Part shown: piece by piece, positions 30,164 to 44,600 of the stretch
Numbering within the stretch: position 1 is the stretch's first letter
How the letters are laid out: each line of letters opens with the position of its first letter
From: Amphiscolops sp. MND2022
Lineage: Eukaryota
NCBI GenBank assembly: GCA_964187785.1
Contig: OZ076413.1
Coordinates: 30,752,001 to 30,816,000, forward strand
DNA length: 64,000 nt
Direction: 5' to 3'
The notes under the pieces: model-generated
Seen by the model: only the letters and a program-made list of their open reading frames with translations
Told to the model about the DNA's origin: nothing
Database searches by the model: none
Translations under genes and position numbers: made by a program

Positions 30164-30237
30164 AAAAAATCGAGTTATAGCCGTGACGTTGACTCAGTGT
30201 ACACTGAGTCAACGTCACGACTATAACTCGATTTTTT
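30164..30237. repeat. 74-bp loopless palindrome (37-bp arms, one mismatch)
   Basis: AAAAAATCGAGTTATAGCCGTGACGTTGACTCAGTGT|ACACTGAGTCAACGTCACGACTATAACTCGATTTTTT. Confidence 0.95.
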
Positions 30238-32219
30238 CTATCTGACATGGGCATTGATGTAATGGTTAGCTATACCAAGTAACGTTCTTCTAGCCTTCTA
30301 GAATCTGGAATTCTTCTCGAAAAACGTTTGAAACGCTCTTCCCAAAGTGACTAAATTGATTATCTTCACTGAAATTGTTTAATTATTCAAGAAGTGTGAA
30401 ACAATTGAGGAAAAGATTTTGGAAGTACAGAGGCGGCCGGTGTCTTTCTTTGCATCTTTTCGTGGGCAGGGTCCATGAAACATAAATGGCATAGATTTTT
30501 GTTTGGTGGGGATATTGTATATTGTCAATGCCACAGTTTAAACACTCATAAACTCGGGCTTTAGTCAGTGATGAAATAGACGTCAGACACTCTTGAAAAT
30601 GCAGCGTGGGCAATTATTTGAGCGTGAAATCAGGATGCGGGACAAAACAGCCGATTTTCAAAACGGGACAAAATGAGTGCTGTTACAGCCAATATGCATG
30701 GAACTTGGTTATTTGAAGAGGTTCATATTTGTTGTATGGCTCGGTCGCTTCGCTCCCTTCGCCAAGTAGCAACATTGAGGCATGGCCAAATGGCACGTCG
30801 TTCCGCTTCGCTTCGCTCCTGCATTTAGGGAACTAGGGGTATGTGAACATAGCTGACTACGTTATAATAAGAATTTTATTGACAGCTAATCTTACGCATT
30901 GACAAAATCAGCGATTTTTAATTTTACGAATCGGCGATTTTGCACTGTTTTAAAATCGGCTGTTTTGTCTTATCTTGAAAATCGACTTTTTTGACCCGTT
31001 TAAAATCGGCTGTTTTGTCCAGCTCCCGTGAAATCAGTTTGAAAACATTTCGATCAGATTTTAAAACAAACACGAAATGACTTTGTTTTTTAAAAATGCC
31101 CTGAAACTGCTGACAATTAAAAGAAACAAATTCATGACATTTGCATTTTTATAGAACTTCCTCAAAAATCGAAACCCGAATCACACTGAATACATGGAAA
31201 TCGGATGTAAAATATAGTGGGTTCCTGCTAATTGGATAAATTACATTTACTTGTTTCCTCCAGGAGCAATTCTCTTCGTGTAGGCAATTATGCTTCATTT
31301 TTACTACTTGCAAATCATTTTCAGCCCCATTTTCAAGCCTAAACTTTTGATCAATTTGAACTGAGCCATGTTAATTTGGGTTATCAGCTAAAGAAGGTAA
31401 TGCTGTGACAGTCAATGGCAGTTAAAATGCTTTTTGGTCGCAAGGAGGAGACCATAAAACGTGGGGAATCCTTGAGGCTTGAAAAGATTCCCGTAATTTA
31501 AATTGCTGCAATTTAAATTACAATTGTGTAGAATAAAAAGCACCTTTGAAATGCCGGCATCTTGAAAGAATCTGGGAACTATATCTCTTGGGAGATATTC
31601 GAATGGTTGAAACTCTTCTTTCTAATTACGTTAGCATCGCTCTATCAAGAATCAGATGTTTCAAACGTTTTCCATGATGTTTGATTAACCTCTGACAGTT
31701 GAATCATTTTTCCTGTACTATAATCTACAAATCCCTTTCAAACTCGAGTTTGAAGAAATTTAACGCAGGCGCTATCGAATGAAGGCAGAAAACCGTAAAA
31801 AATCTCGACGTTTCTATGGTTTTGAGGTAGTAAACGCAACTTTGGAATATAAGGTGATCGTAATAAAGGTTATAAAACAGAGAAAATTCCAGTTAGCATT
31901 CAGATATATAGATCTATCGAATATATTCTATTTTGATGTATGACGACAAATGACAGTAAATGACCCAAATATGTCATCATCAAATAGATACCGCCAGGCT
32001 CATAAAGTTCCTTCTCCTTTTTATCAATTGACAGACCAAAGATCTTAAGACAGACTAGAAATCAGTGATGTATTTATTATAAACGTTTGTCTCAACTTTA
32101 CAGGGGGATTTAATTGATAAATGGATAAAAAACTTTAACACAAATGTAGACCATTTATGTGTAACCTCCAAATCTCCAGGATATGAACTATGATTTCCGC
32201 TAACTCGCAGTTGAGAATT

Positions 32220-33258
32220 CCCTAGTTTTTCAGAATCACAAATTTTGCAAAATTCGTCCTAATTTCTTACCAATTATGCATTTCTTACAAGAATCTTACG
32301 AGTTTGTACGAAATACGCAAATTTTGCAAGTTTGTTACAGTGTTGAACATTTCTTACAAGAGTCTGATAACATTTTTGCAAAATTTGCGTCTATTTGTAA
32401 GAAATTCTTACAAAAAATGCGATGTGTTACTTCGACCAAAAATTCGTTCAAGATTTTCTAGACCCATTTTGTGTCTTTCTTGAATAACACCTGAATTAGA
32501 TAGAAGTCTGTATCTATATCAGGGTAACATTAATGACCCAGGTAGCATCAAGGACGCTTTTTGGCACCGCGTTTCCTGAAGCCGCTTGTAGAAAGGATTT
32601 TGGATTTAAAATTTGGGTTAGATTTTCATAAGTTTTAGATGAAAATGGTCCAAATTTGGAATATTGTCGTAAATTTTAGATGGGAATGGTCCAAATTTGG
32701 AAGATTGTCAAAAATTTTAGATGGAGATGGTCTAGATTTAAGTTTTTGTTGGAATAAGATCCAAAATCACCGTATTTTGGTGAAAAAACGTCTAATATCA
32801 CTATTTTTGAGGAATAACGCCTAAAATCACTTTTTTAGGAATAACGTCTAGAATCACTGTATTTTTGTGGAATAACGTCTAAAATCGCCGTATTTTGGTA
32901 GAATAAGATCTAAAAACACTTTATTGCACTGGAGTAACGTCTAAAATAACTTTTTTGAGAGAGATAGGATCGTTTTGTTGCGAAAGGCTAAGGTTGAGAA
33001 TATGGAAAATGTATCATTCATCGCTCGCATAAATTTTTCTGATTAATAGGTTAGGAACGACTTTTTTTCAGAATTTCCTTTAGTGCAACGATGCAAATTT
33101 TGTAAGAGTTTTGTGAGATTTATGCATTTTTTGTACCAATTTCAGTTGAAAATCGCAAATTTTGCAAGAATCTTGTACGAGTTAGTGTCAAATAATGCAT
33201 TTTCTTACAAGAGGTTTTGTAAGAATTTTGCAAAAGATGTGAATTTTTTCAACTAGGG
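32220..33258. mobile_element. Degenerate non-autonomous TIR element with CCCTAG...CTAGGG ends
   Basis: Imperfect inverted termini (CCCTAGTT...CACA..TTTTGCAAAATTC) with internal cttacaag/cttgtaag-type repeats; a related end is at ~38210. Confidence 0.5.
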
Positions 33259-34357
33259 TTGATTCGTCATTTTTCAAAGTTTCTTCTTTTCTCGATCAAA
33301 TCTATGCATTAATTTAAGATTCGATCTAATTTCCATATTTCTTTTCATTGATATTTTTGATAGAGCCATGTTTCTCCGTTTGTTTCCACGATGTGTAGAT
33401 TTGAAAGTGTAGAATCATTTATGTAGAGCTTTTTTTCCTTAATGCCAAAGATATTTAATAATTCATTTGTAGAGGTTTTACGTTGGGAAGAAAATGTAAA
33501 TTTACACAGAAAATTGCTGTCGCAGAATATTTACAGAATTCAGGTCGCACCAGAAAATCTGAACTATGATAAGTAAATGTTCGGAAATTGCTAAAAACAA
33601 CTTTTAAATACCGAACGTTCAATTGGTTTCGACAGTGATTCAACTTGATTGAAAGCTGAGGAAACGAAACTCCATCTTTGGAAAAACAGTTAAGATAATT
33701 TAAGTGGCTACAGAATGCATATTTCGAGGAGTCATCATAGTTGCTTTTAAGAAGACATAGAAAACCGTTCGTTAAAAACAGTTCTGTACTGAATTAATAT
33801 AATTTGAATAAAAAATGATATAGAAACCATGTTTTGAACGATTAGTTTCAATTCAATAGCAAGACCCCTTGATACTGTTTCTAAAATTATTAGTTATTAG
33901 TAAAATGAAGGTGGTATATGAATAGAGTTGACTCCTCCACAGACTAAAATGAAGCAATATTACATCCAAAAATTGTACTCTGATCATGCGAGGGAAAAAA
34001 CTGGAGCACATGTTTTATATAATATGGTCATACTACAAATCCCATGTTTTTACTTTCCGCCCATATTCCATTAGAGCTACGTTCCAATTTTACATTCAAA
34101 AGATATAGATTCGTCCTCAGAATTGAGCAACAAAAATTAGGTTTGTGGCGTACGTATTTGGGGAGATAACTGAATTTTTGAAAAAGATGGAGGAAAAAGT
34201 GCTCCGAACTGACCCTAAATTAGACCAAACGCCAAAATGTCATAAGTTTTGACAGACCGTTCAATGCAATTTTGGTACACCTTTCTGACTCATAATTTGA
34301 CCAACCATAAATCCTTTGAGTTGCCTTGAAATGCGAAATTTACAAAAGCTTTAAACG

Positions 34358-35545
34358 AAACAAGCCGGGAACGGCCCAAGTTGGCACTCTCAAGGTTCAA
34401 AAAAGTGAGGTTTTTTGAATATGCAAAAGGATGCTATTGTCGAAATTTCATCAATTTTACAGTGCTAAAATACCCGATACGCATGAGACTAGAAAACCAC
34501 ATTTTTCCCCAACAGCAAAAAACCACATCTTGCTCAATCGAAAACCACTCAAAAATTTTTCTTGTAAATCACAGTGCCCTGAGAAGTCCTCTATAATCAC
34601 AAAACTTTCGGTTTCTAGTAAAAATTGAGGGGATTCGATAAAAAAATAAGAAAAAAGTTACAGAAAAAACGCCGGTCTTAAAAAACAATATTCAGATGCA
34701 GCGCAATGTTTTCGATATAGCGCAACCTCCGACTCCTTCTTAGCAGAACACAATTAACTTCGGATGTAACGTCAAAAGTTTGGATATAGCGTACTGGGCC
34801 ACTGAGAAATCCTAAGTTTAGGACGAAAGATATTCATTTTGAAAAATCTCACAATGCTGAAAATTGTAAAAGGAGGGACCTTTTGGGTTTTTTGAGAATC
34901 CAGTTCGTTGCAAAAACTCAAAGCAACGAAAGGGGAACCCTTAGAAGGCTTTTGAAATTTTTCAAAAAAAAGCTCACAAAGTGAAAAAAGTTGAAAGGGG
35001 CACCCTTCTGCTTTGGAATGGTTTGGATGCGTTCAAAGTCAAGTACTAAGTACTCATGATAAAAACGCACAGTGCACAAAAAGGGACCGATCGCGTGGAA
35101 CTGACAAAAAAACTAGCCACTGTAAGAGTCGAGCTTTTTCTCCGAAAACACACGCTAAAAAGACACCAACTTTTGAGGCTGGAGGTACAGCTGGCTGTTG
35201 AGCCTTTTCTAAAGTTGTTGATTGAAAAATATGCCGGACGAAATGCTGTGGGCGAATTCAAATCCTAAACCATGAATGTTTTGTAAAGTTCTTTTTTCGG
35301 CGGAGTATGAGACTTTATCCCGAAGAAAAAAGTTTTCCAAAATTTTTTTTCAAAAATATTGGATTTATTGATGTTTTCGGTCGGGGAAAAGTGGTTTTTG
35401 AGAATTATTTGTACGTCTTCATATACTTTGCGGCACTGTACAATTAATTAAAATTTTCACAATAGTGTCCCCTTGCATATTTCAAAAACTTTGCTCCTTT
35501 TGAACTGTGAGCGGGGCGCCGACTCGGACCATTCCCGGTTTGTTT
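34358..35545. mobile_element. Non-autonomous TIR element of a dispersed family (other pieces at ~37400-38136 inverted, ~55700-56300, ~61090-62500)
   Basis: Left end aaacaagccgggaacggcccaag and right end ggcgccgactcggaccattcccggtttgttt are imperfect inverted repeats; the same end motif occurs at 38108-38136 and 61441-61470. Confidence 0.6.
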
Positions 35546-38500
35546 CCACAGGAGGGTAAATTGAGACCGTTTCATGCAATTACGTTACATTTTTCAAATA
35601 TTTTTGTACAAGTTTTGTTGTTCCACACTCAAGCCTTAAAACATGTCGCCGCTATATGTTTTAAGGTGGAAAGTATGCTGTGCTCAACGAGCGTCTTTCA
35701 ACAAATTTAATCAAATCGATTCAGAAATTCCACAAAGATTAAAAAAATTCAAGCACAATTGATGCTCGAATATTTCTTGAGAAAAGTATTACACAAGCCC
35801 CAATTTGAAGACAGTTTTTTGCGCATTGAAAAGTGGTATCTCAAGTCGAAGGCAAACCATGAAGTCATGAATAATTTAATCAAATCAATAACGGAAGAAA
35901 TATTTAATTTTTGGGTCCCCTCAAAGTTCTACACATGAATTTTTTACATTCCGCTCCATTGACAGCAAATTCAATATTCTTCCACTATAAATTGCCACGA
36001 CTGTAGATAATTTAATTTTCAGGCTGGTTTTCACAGACTTTGGCTGGACTTGTGTGAACAAAAGGTTGTTATGAACACGGGAGGAACTACATTCATTTTT
36101 TTATTCAAATTAAGTGCCACTGGGGAGATAAAGAGTCTCATAAATCTTCCCACTGGTTATCATTTTTCACAGGGGAGTCTTTGGCGCGGATAGCAAGCAT
36201 GGGTACAAATTTGACCCAGGGTGTGAAAAAAAGGTGTTCATATATTTCATTAGACGCAACTCTAGACATAAGTTCTCGAACCACCCAAATAGACAGCTCA
36301 GCGTCGCAGACATTCAGTCGCAATTTAACCATCAAGTTTTTTCTTTTTCATTCCAATTCAACCTTACGAACAGTTTATTATTTATAACCAAATGATGCAA
36401 AAGGTGAAATATTGTGCCAATTAAACAAAGAAAGTTGTGAGAATTAATGCATGCTGAAAATGCTTGTCACTGCTATTGGGAATTTTGGGGCAATTTTGCT
36501 GAATTAAATGAGGTACCATCAAAGAAATATGAAAAGACGTATTTCTGAAATCATACCCTCAGGCACAAACGACCTTTGCACGGTACCTAGGTACACTTTG
36601 AAAAGAGACAGTTGAGACAGTTTCCATCCGTCAAATAAGATTTTATTATCCGCCAATTCATTTTGCTGCCGGCTTCAAAAATCCATTCAAGTACGTTCAT
36701 CACACGTATCTTTTTATGGATAGAGCAGGAACATTTAACGTGAAATCAATATCTTAGACTTCGAAAATTGTAGTAGGAAACTTCAATGATGATGCAATCA
36801 ATTTGCGGCTTCTGGGTGTTGGTATGCCGCGGGGTTTGAGTTCGTGAAAAAAAGTTCATGAATCGAAGTGAGCGTCAAAAGACGAAATGTCATAGAACCG
36901 TTTGTTTTGACTTTTGGAAATAACATATTAAAAAGTTCCCATTTATAACAATATATTGCCAAGTCAACTCAAGTCAACTTACATTTTGTACTTGCAACAT
37001 ACACAAAAATCACCAGTAGAACATACATTGATTATTGTCTGAAACTCTTTAAAAACGTCATTCATTGGCAAGGAAAACATCCTTTTTTCAGTAGAAAGGT
37101 CCGTAAGACGTCTTAAATAAATAATTGACATAGATGGAAAGTTTTGTAATTTTTGAAGATGTGATTTGTTAACATTTATTGACTTAATTTTCCACTGGGA
37201 TAACTCTTTTCATTTTACGGACCTCTTTCTACCAAAAAAAGATATTTTTCTTGCCAATCAATGACGTTGTCTCAGATAATAATCAATGCACGCTCTAATG
37301 GTGACTGTGCTGCATATGCTGCATATATATTGTGTAAGTTGACTTGATCTTATGAATCGAGGGAGTTGAGATAATTACCTGAAGATGCTTCTTTGACGCG
37401 ATAAGACCACAAAAATGTTGAATTTTTTTTCTCTTTTTTCCAGACGAGCGAAGCGAAACCTTTTGTACTCAAAATTCTGGGGGAGAGGTTGTCACAATGT
37501 TCTGACATTTTTTCAACATCAACATTTAATGATTATTTCTTCTGCCTGTAATAGATGCGCGTTTACTAATTGCAAAAAAGAATTTCCGCGATTTTTTGCT
37601 AACGTGTTTTTAGTCGGCGTTTTTCGAAGAAAATCCCGGCTCTTACAATGGCTAGTTTTTTTTCGTCAGTTCAACACGATCGGTCCACTTTTTGTGCATT
37701 ATGCACTTTTACCATATGTACTTAGTACTTCATTTTCAACGCATCCAAAGCCTCTAACATGAGAAAAAAAGCCATTCCCAAGCAGAAGGGTCCCCTTCTC
37801 CTCTTTTTTCGACACTATGAGACTTTCCACCTTTTTCGGCACTGTGAGACTGTTCAAATTTCTCATTTTTTTTCCGAAATTTTTTTCATTGCTCCCCCAT
37901 CAATTTTTTGATATTTTGCAACAAAATGGATGTTCAAAATATCACAAAGGGTCCCCCTTTTTACATTTTTCGGCACTATGCGACTTACCGGAGACTTCAA
38001 AAAAATTTCGAAAAAAAATTCGGAAAAAGTTTTTCCTCAATTTTTAGTTTTTTGAGAGCTTTTGTTGTATCCAGTTGGTTTTCGAGTCTTATTGAGCCTT
38101 AGATATGGCGCTGACTTGGGCCGTTCCCGGCTTGTTAAATTCAACAATACCTAGTCTAAACTGTTCAAAACAATTAGCTATTATCTATTATAAAGACAAT
38201 TGGTTATACCCTAGTTTTTGTCAATCACAAAATCTTACAAATGCATTTCTTACAAACTTTTTACAAGAATCGCAAACTTTGTCGAACAATTGTTACAATT
38301 TCGAGCATTTCTTATAAAATTCTAATACCATATTTGCAAAAGTATGCAACATATTTCATCTATAAGTATGAAATTCTCACAAAAAATGGTTGGTAATTTT
38401 TTAACGATAGAATTTCCTAAACAATTCGACCCAAAACTCGTTCGTAATTAATTAGGATATTCCTTGTGCCATGTTTGAATAACATCTGTATCTCCGAAAT

Positions 38501-41500
38501 GCAAAATGGTTTTTTCTCTAGCAGAGTTACCTTAAAGACCAGGTAGCATTGAAGGCACCGCTTTTCCTGAAGCTTGATAGGTATAATTTTTTAAGGAAAA
38601 TAAGAACTAAAATCACTGCATTCTGAAATCCGAAGAGCACATCTCATGAGATTTAGTCTTCTACTTCTGTTATGCCAATAAGTGAGCTAATTATATTTTC
38701 GAAGAACCACGTGATTGAGCGACCGTTTCTGATTTGAAAAAGCATTCGGTAAAGAGAAACAGTCAATACTGTTTGAAAAATCTGAGAACATTGTGGGAGC
38801 AACAGTTTATCAAGTCGATGGCATTGAATAGTTCAGGTATTTTAGACTGATTTATCTGATCAACAAAAACCTTGCAAAATCTATCAAAAGACGTAAACAC
38901 ATTTTATGGACTTTCTTTGAAGTCATAATTGCTCAGTTAGCACCCCGTGGGACCTTATTTTTGAATTATTTGTCAGAATGGGTTGTCGACTCCGGTGTAA
39001 CGACATTGAGTCCAGTCTCTTCCCTAGAATTAGGCATTAATTTTTCACTGCTAACGTTACTATTGGAGACACGGTCAGCTTGTTCTCGAAGTAGAGACGA
39101 AAGTGCGCTCATTTGGCAATTTATCTCTGTAAACTGACGACCTAGTTTAATTTGTCGTGGGACTCTTTCATAAGCTTGCAAAAACTCAGTTACAACGTCA
39201 TCGCTTTGACGATCTGGGAACACAACTCGGAGATTCTCTTAGTCATCGTCCTAAAAAATCATGGTTTCTCAAATTCCTTCTTTCTTACAGTTTTGAAGAG
39301 GAGAAAGTTGTAAAAACGAAGTTTCAAGTTTTTGAGTTGAAATGCCAATGATAATTTAACAGCAGTAGTCTGGCATGACTGGTCGTAATGGAAACTTTTT
39401 AATAAATGAGTTTTACCTTCTGCGCTATTGTTGCCTCAATTGTGATCACGTGTTAACGTCACGTGGCCATTTACGGCACTGTGGTCGGTGGATGGTTGAG
39501 GTGTTAAATATTGCATAATGGTATTATGTATGACCGCTTGCTGTAGTCGTTTTTAATCATCACGTGTATATATGTAATTATACTATTTTCGCACGTATTA
39601 CTGCTTTAATGGACTAATGTAGATGGTTAATGAATTTTTCGCACAGCTAATACTAATGCCGACTAGCAATCACGGTCATTACCATGATATCGAAGCTTTT
39701 ACAAATGATGAATACCAAACGGCTGAATATATAAACCGATGCTTTGATTGATACATGATTGGGAATATGAAATATACTAGTTTGCTTATAAGCCCGTTTA
39801 TTGTTATGTTTATGACGTTTGATTAGGCCGGTCGTTTTTTTTAAAGATTCAAGAACTACTAAAGAAAAGTAATAATGTTTGAAGTTTTATGACACTGGAA
39901 GATGTAGTCGTATAACAATTCATGCTAGTTGGCATGACTTTTGGCGTGCTTGATCTAGTATTGCAGGCCGGTAATCAACCGAAACTGGCAACTCGAATAA
40001 ATTCAGCGCTTTTAAATGACCCATTTTGAACAGTAAAAGTAAAAATATTGAAAATTTTGAAACTAAAATATTTGCCAAAAAATTCTAGAAGTTTTTAATA
40101 CTTGAGGTGTTGCCTGTCAATCTTTCAGTACGTGACAACAGTGCCTAAAAGATTCTTGTATCATATAGAAAGCAGTTTTCAATTGCTGGAAGTTCTCTAT
40201 ATATAATAGATACTATAGTCGTATACATGTGCTCCAAACATTTACGGGAGGTAATGTGAGTTTTGTAATGGAGTTACATCCCCTCTACGTAACTTGCTGG
40301 AAGTCATCAGCCTATAGGCTGTCGCACACTTTTTAGGTACACACATCTTCTGTAGTCTTGTATTTCTTTTAAAGGTTGGTCTGCTTGCATGCATTCCGAT
40401 ACAATTAACATGTTTTTCAGCAATTAGGACGTGAAGTGTTCTACTTCTCACATTAATGGTTCGTGGTTTTAAAATAGTGCTGTATTCGATTAAAACTTAT
40501 ATTAATTGCATTCCGACCAATAACCTGAAATCTCGATTGGATTATTTTTCCACATTTCCACCTCTGAATTGATAGATGTATTCTGAGGTCAAGAAAAGAG
40601 TGAAGTTAAATGATGGTAGGTAAGATGTGAATTACTGTCAATCTGTGAAAAACTATCTTGACTGTCTTTTATCTAACGTACAACTGAAGTAAAGTACAGT
40701 TTTGTGGACTGATTTTTATTTAGACGGAAATTATCAATCAATGTTTTTTAATTGCGTCCCTGGTGAGCTTCATACTCTCCATGCCAAACTTGACAACACC
40801 ATTGTCCTCCTTATATTTTTCTGCTACCATGCAGCTACCAAGGAAGCGTTCACAACGTTGTGAAACATTAAAGTGTGAAGTTAAATGATGGTAGGTAAGA
40901 TGTGAATTACTGTCAATCTGTGAAAAACTATCTTGACTGTCTTTTATCTAACGTACAACTGAAGTAAAGTACAGTTTTGTGGACTGATTTTTATTTAGAC
41001 GGAAATTATCAATCAATGTTTTTTAATTGCGTCCCTGGTGAGCTTCATACTCTCCATGCCATTGTCCTCCTTATATTTTTCTGCTACCATGCTATTAGGC
41101 TAGGACGTGGCTGAGCAGTGAAGACTTTCGTTTAGAAAGACAATTAGAAAAAGCAGTTAATTTGAAGATTAGTTTGGAAGGCTATTTCAGTTGATGAGCG
41201 CTGTGAAAAATTGTGGAAAGCACCGGGTATTTATACTCCAAAAGGTAAACATGACATTTGTTAAAGGTTGGGGACTTTGGAAGAATGCGGATGTAAATTT
41301 CCTTGATTTTTACAATCGAACATTCTGGAAGGAATTTTCCATCACACCATCATGAAAAATGTAATACTTCAATGCAATAACCATGAACTTCAGAATCGCT
41401 TCATAATCCAATTTTGAGGTCATAGATGGGAGTCAGATGTTTGATATTTACGATACTTTCGACAGGTTGAACTTGAAAGGTTAAACATCAACAAATAATT

Positions 41501-41699
41501 CGAGTCAGCTAGCACCATCATTTAATTCATTGCTCGAACAACTTGAAGTTTGCTAACATATCAGGTTGGTTTGTTTCTTCTCGATTTTAAGCTATTATAA
41601 AATAAAAGTATAAGTTTTGTAGCTCAAGAAATTTGACTAAGTTCTTTTCCTCAACACCCCCACTCAGATTGTTCCGGATGTCGTAGGGAGAATCTGCAT

Positions 41700-44600
41700 T
41701 TAACCCAAAAGTTGCTTTCGATGTTGCTCCACTTTCACTTGTGGAAGTGCCTTCGTCAACAGATCTGCTGCCAGTTGATCAGTTGGCGTATAGACTAGTT
41801 GAATTGAATTGTCATCAACTTTCTCCCGTATGAAGTGGAATTTCGTGTCAATATGTTTTGATCGCTTGTGCATCACAGGGTTAGTTGCCAACTTCATGCA
41901 ACTTTGATTGTCTTCCCCAATGATGGTCGGCTGTGTCTGTTCGTAGCCCATTTCACACAAAAGTGATCGCAAGAAGATTGCTTCTTGCACTGCACCAGCC
42001 AGACCTTGATATTCTGCTTCACATGATGAGAGTGCCACAGTCTGCTGCTTCTTAGTTTGCCAGCTTACTGCTCCCCCACTTAATCCAAGTTTGAAGAAGT
42101 AGCCAGTGGTCGAACGTCTGTCATCATGATCGCCACTCCAGTCTGCATCACTTTCTCCATTTAGATTGAAGTCACCGTCTCGTGAGTAGACCAGTTTGAG
42201 TGACTTCGTGGCTTGAAGATAGCGGAGGACACGTTTGCCAGCCAGCCAGTGAGTGTTAGTTGGTTTGTCCATGAATCGAGAGAGCACATTGACGATCCAT
42301 ACTATATCTGGCCTAGTTTGCTTAGCTATGTATAGTAGGGAGCCTACCAAACTTCAGTATAGTCTCTCATCAACTAATGCTTCACTCTCACTTGCCTTAA
42401 CTAATCTGAGATTGTTTTCCGCTGGCGTTTTCGAAGGATTGCTGTCTTGCATACTAAATTTCTCTATGACGCTTTCAATGTATGTTTCCTGGTCAAGAGT
42501 TATTTTGTTTCTTTCCTGACTTATTTGCATGCCTAGGAACCACTCGAGTTTTCCTCGATCGTCCATTTTAAATTTTCCTTCAAGAGTTTTCTTTAACTCT
42601 TCAATGTCCTCATCGTTGCTACCTGCTATTACTAGATCGTCTACCCAACTTAGAACGTACAACTTTCTTTTGGCTTGTTTTTTAATGAAAAGATAGTAGT
42701 CATTTTTGCTACGACTGAAATTTTGCTGTATAAGGAAGTTCGCTAACTCCTCATACCAATTTTTAGCCGCCTGTTTCAATCCGTAAATTGATTTGTTCAA
42801 TTTACAGACAAGCTTGTTTCCCGAGCTGTCTGTTTCCTCAAAGCCTGTCGGTTGCTCGAGGTATATCTCTTCTTTGATTTGTGGATGTAAGTAGGCTGAC
42901 TTTACATCCATTTGCCTTAGCGTAAAATGTTCTTTCGCTGCTAACGAAAGAATGAGTCGAAAGGTTTCTGGTTTGCTGGTTGGAGCAAACGTTTCTGCAT
43001 AGTCTATGCCTTCAATTTGTTTGAAACCTTTAGCAACGTATCGGGCTTTATATTTTTCTATGCTGCCATCAGCTTTTGTTTTCACTTTGTAAACCCATTT
43101 TCCGGGAATTACATTTTTCTGACTTGGCCGCTGGACTAGGTTCCAAGTTTTTGTTTCATGAAGACACTCGAGCTCTTTTTCCATGGTGTCTTGCCATTTT
43201 TTGCTATCAATGGACTTTACAGCCTCTTCGTAAGTTTCAGGTTCTTTGGGAAAGAACGTTGAATTGTGGCTGTAGCTCTGACCATATCTTTGAGGAGGAT
43301 TTCGTGACCGATCCTCTCGCTTGAGTTCCTTAGCTTCTTTCCTGGCATCTTTCATCTCATAGTACTTATCCCATCTCTCATGTAACACTTTTTCACTTGA
43401 CGGGATTGCAATTTTCAGGTACTGTCCTGTTAGTTCCAATTTACTGGGTACTTTAGTTGTTGGTCTCACGACCTGAGGTGTTCGCTGAACATCACTTGAT
43501 GTCTGAAAGCGTTCCTGTAGGACAGGAATTCTTGAAGGCCTTGCCTGGAAATTTTGATCTGTCCTACTGGGTGTTAGTTCCTCAACCTGCACTTCTGAGT
43601 TAGGAATTATCATGTTAGTAGCGTCAACATTACTTTCAGATTCGCTACTTGATGAATTTTCTTCATCAGTGACGTTTTCAACTTTCACTTCAAATTCAGG
43701 CCTCTCGTCCTTCACTTCTATTTTTGGTATACTTTCTGGCTCGTTATTCTCACTTTCATCAAACGTTACATCGAAAAGAAGATCATCATTTTCGTCTTCT
43801 CTTGCTTCGTTGGTGAACCCAACGATCTTTTTTTCGTTGAACACGACGTTGCGGGCTCGTGTCAACTTCCTAGTTTCAATATCTTGCAACAGGTAAGCTG
43901 TGCTGTTGCCGTCGTAGCCGAGAAACACATGTTTCCGTGCTTTGGCATCGAACTTTGATTTTTCACGTTTTCGGTTTTTAACGTATGCTAGACAACCGAA
44001 AACCTTCAGATGATCTATTTTGGGTTTTTTACCCCAAAATTTCTCATAAGGTGTTTTCTCGTTTTGGTCCTTTTTAACTAGGTTTCTCACATAGGCTGCA
44101 GTGTCAACAGCTCTGAGCCAATAGCATTTTGGGAGTTTTGACTCAATTAAAAGACTTCGAGCGGTATCTACAACTGTTCGATTGTATCGCTCTGCGACAC
44201 CATTCTGTTCCGGAGTGTCAGGAACGGCGTATTCAGTCTTGATTTTGTTGTTGGTACAGAATTTTTTGAAGTTTTTGTTCGTATACTCGGTGCCATTGTC
44301 TGACCGGAGTATACGGGGAGTCCCGCATTCACCAATGTACTCCTTGAATTTTTGCAAAACTTGGTTTTTGTGTCGCATGAACTTCACACAAGCATGCGAA
44401 CTGTATTCATCGACGAACGTTACGAAGTATCTAAATCCATCTTTACTCGATGGAGTGATTGGTCCAACAACATCGCTGGAAACTCTTTCGCGAGCTTTCG
44501 TAGCTTTATTTTCAGATCGTTTTGGGACAGGAGTTTTGGTTATTTTGGCTAAGCAACAAGTTTCGCATTTTTCGTCAATCTTAGAGAAGTTTTTCGAAAC

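Noticed and set aside
28700-40500. Short ORFs (60-115 aa) across the AT-rich intergenic region, and likewise in 56600-64000
   Set aside because: F/K/L-rich translations from poly-A/T tracts and dispersed repeats, with no recognisable domains.
40620-40725. Intron-like GTAAG...TTTAG segment in the 275-bp unit (tandem exon duplication)
   Set aside because: The spliced product hits stop codons in the frames I checked; no coding support.
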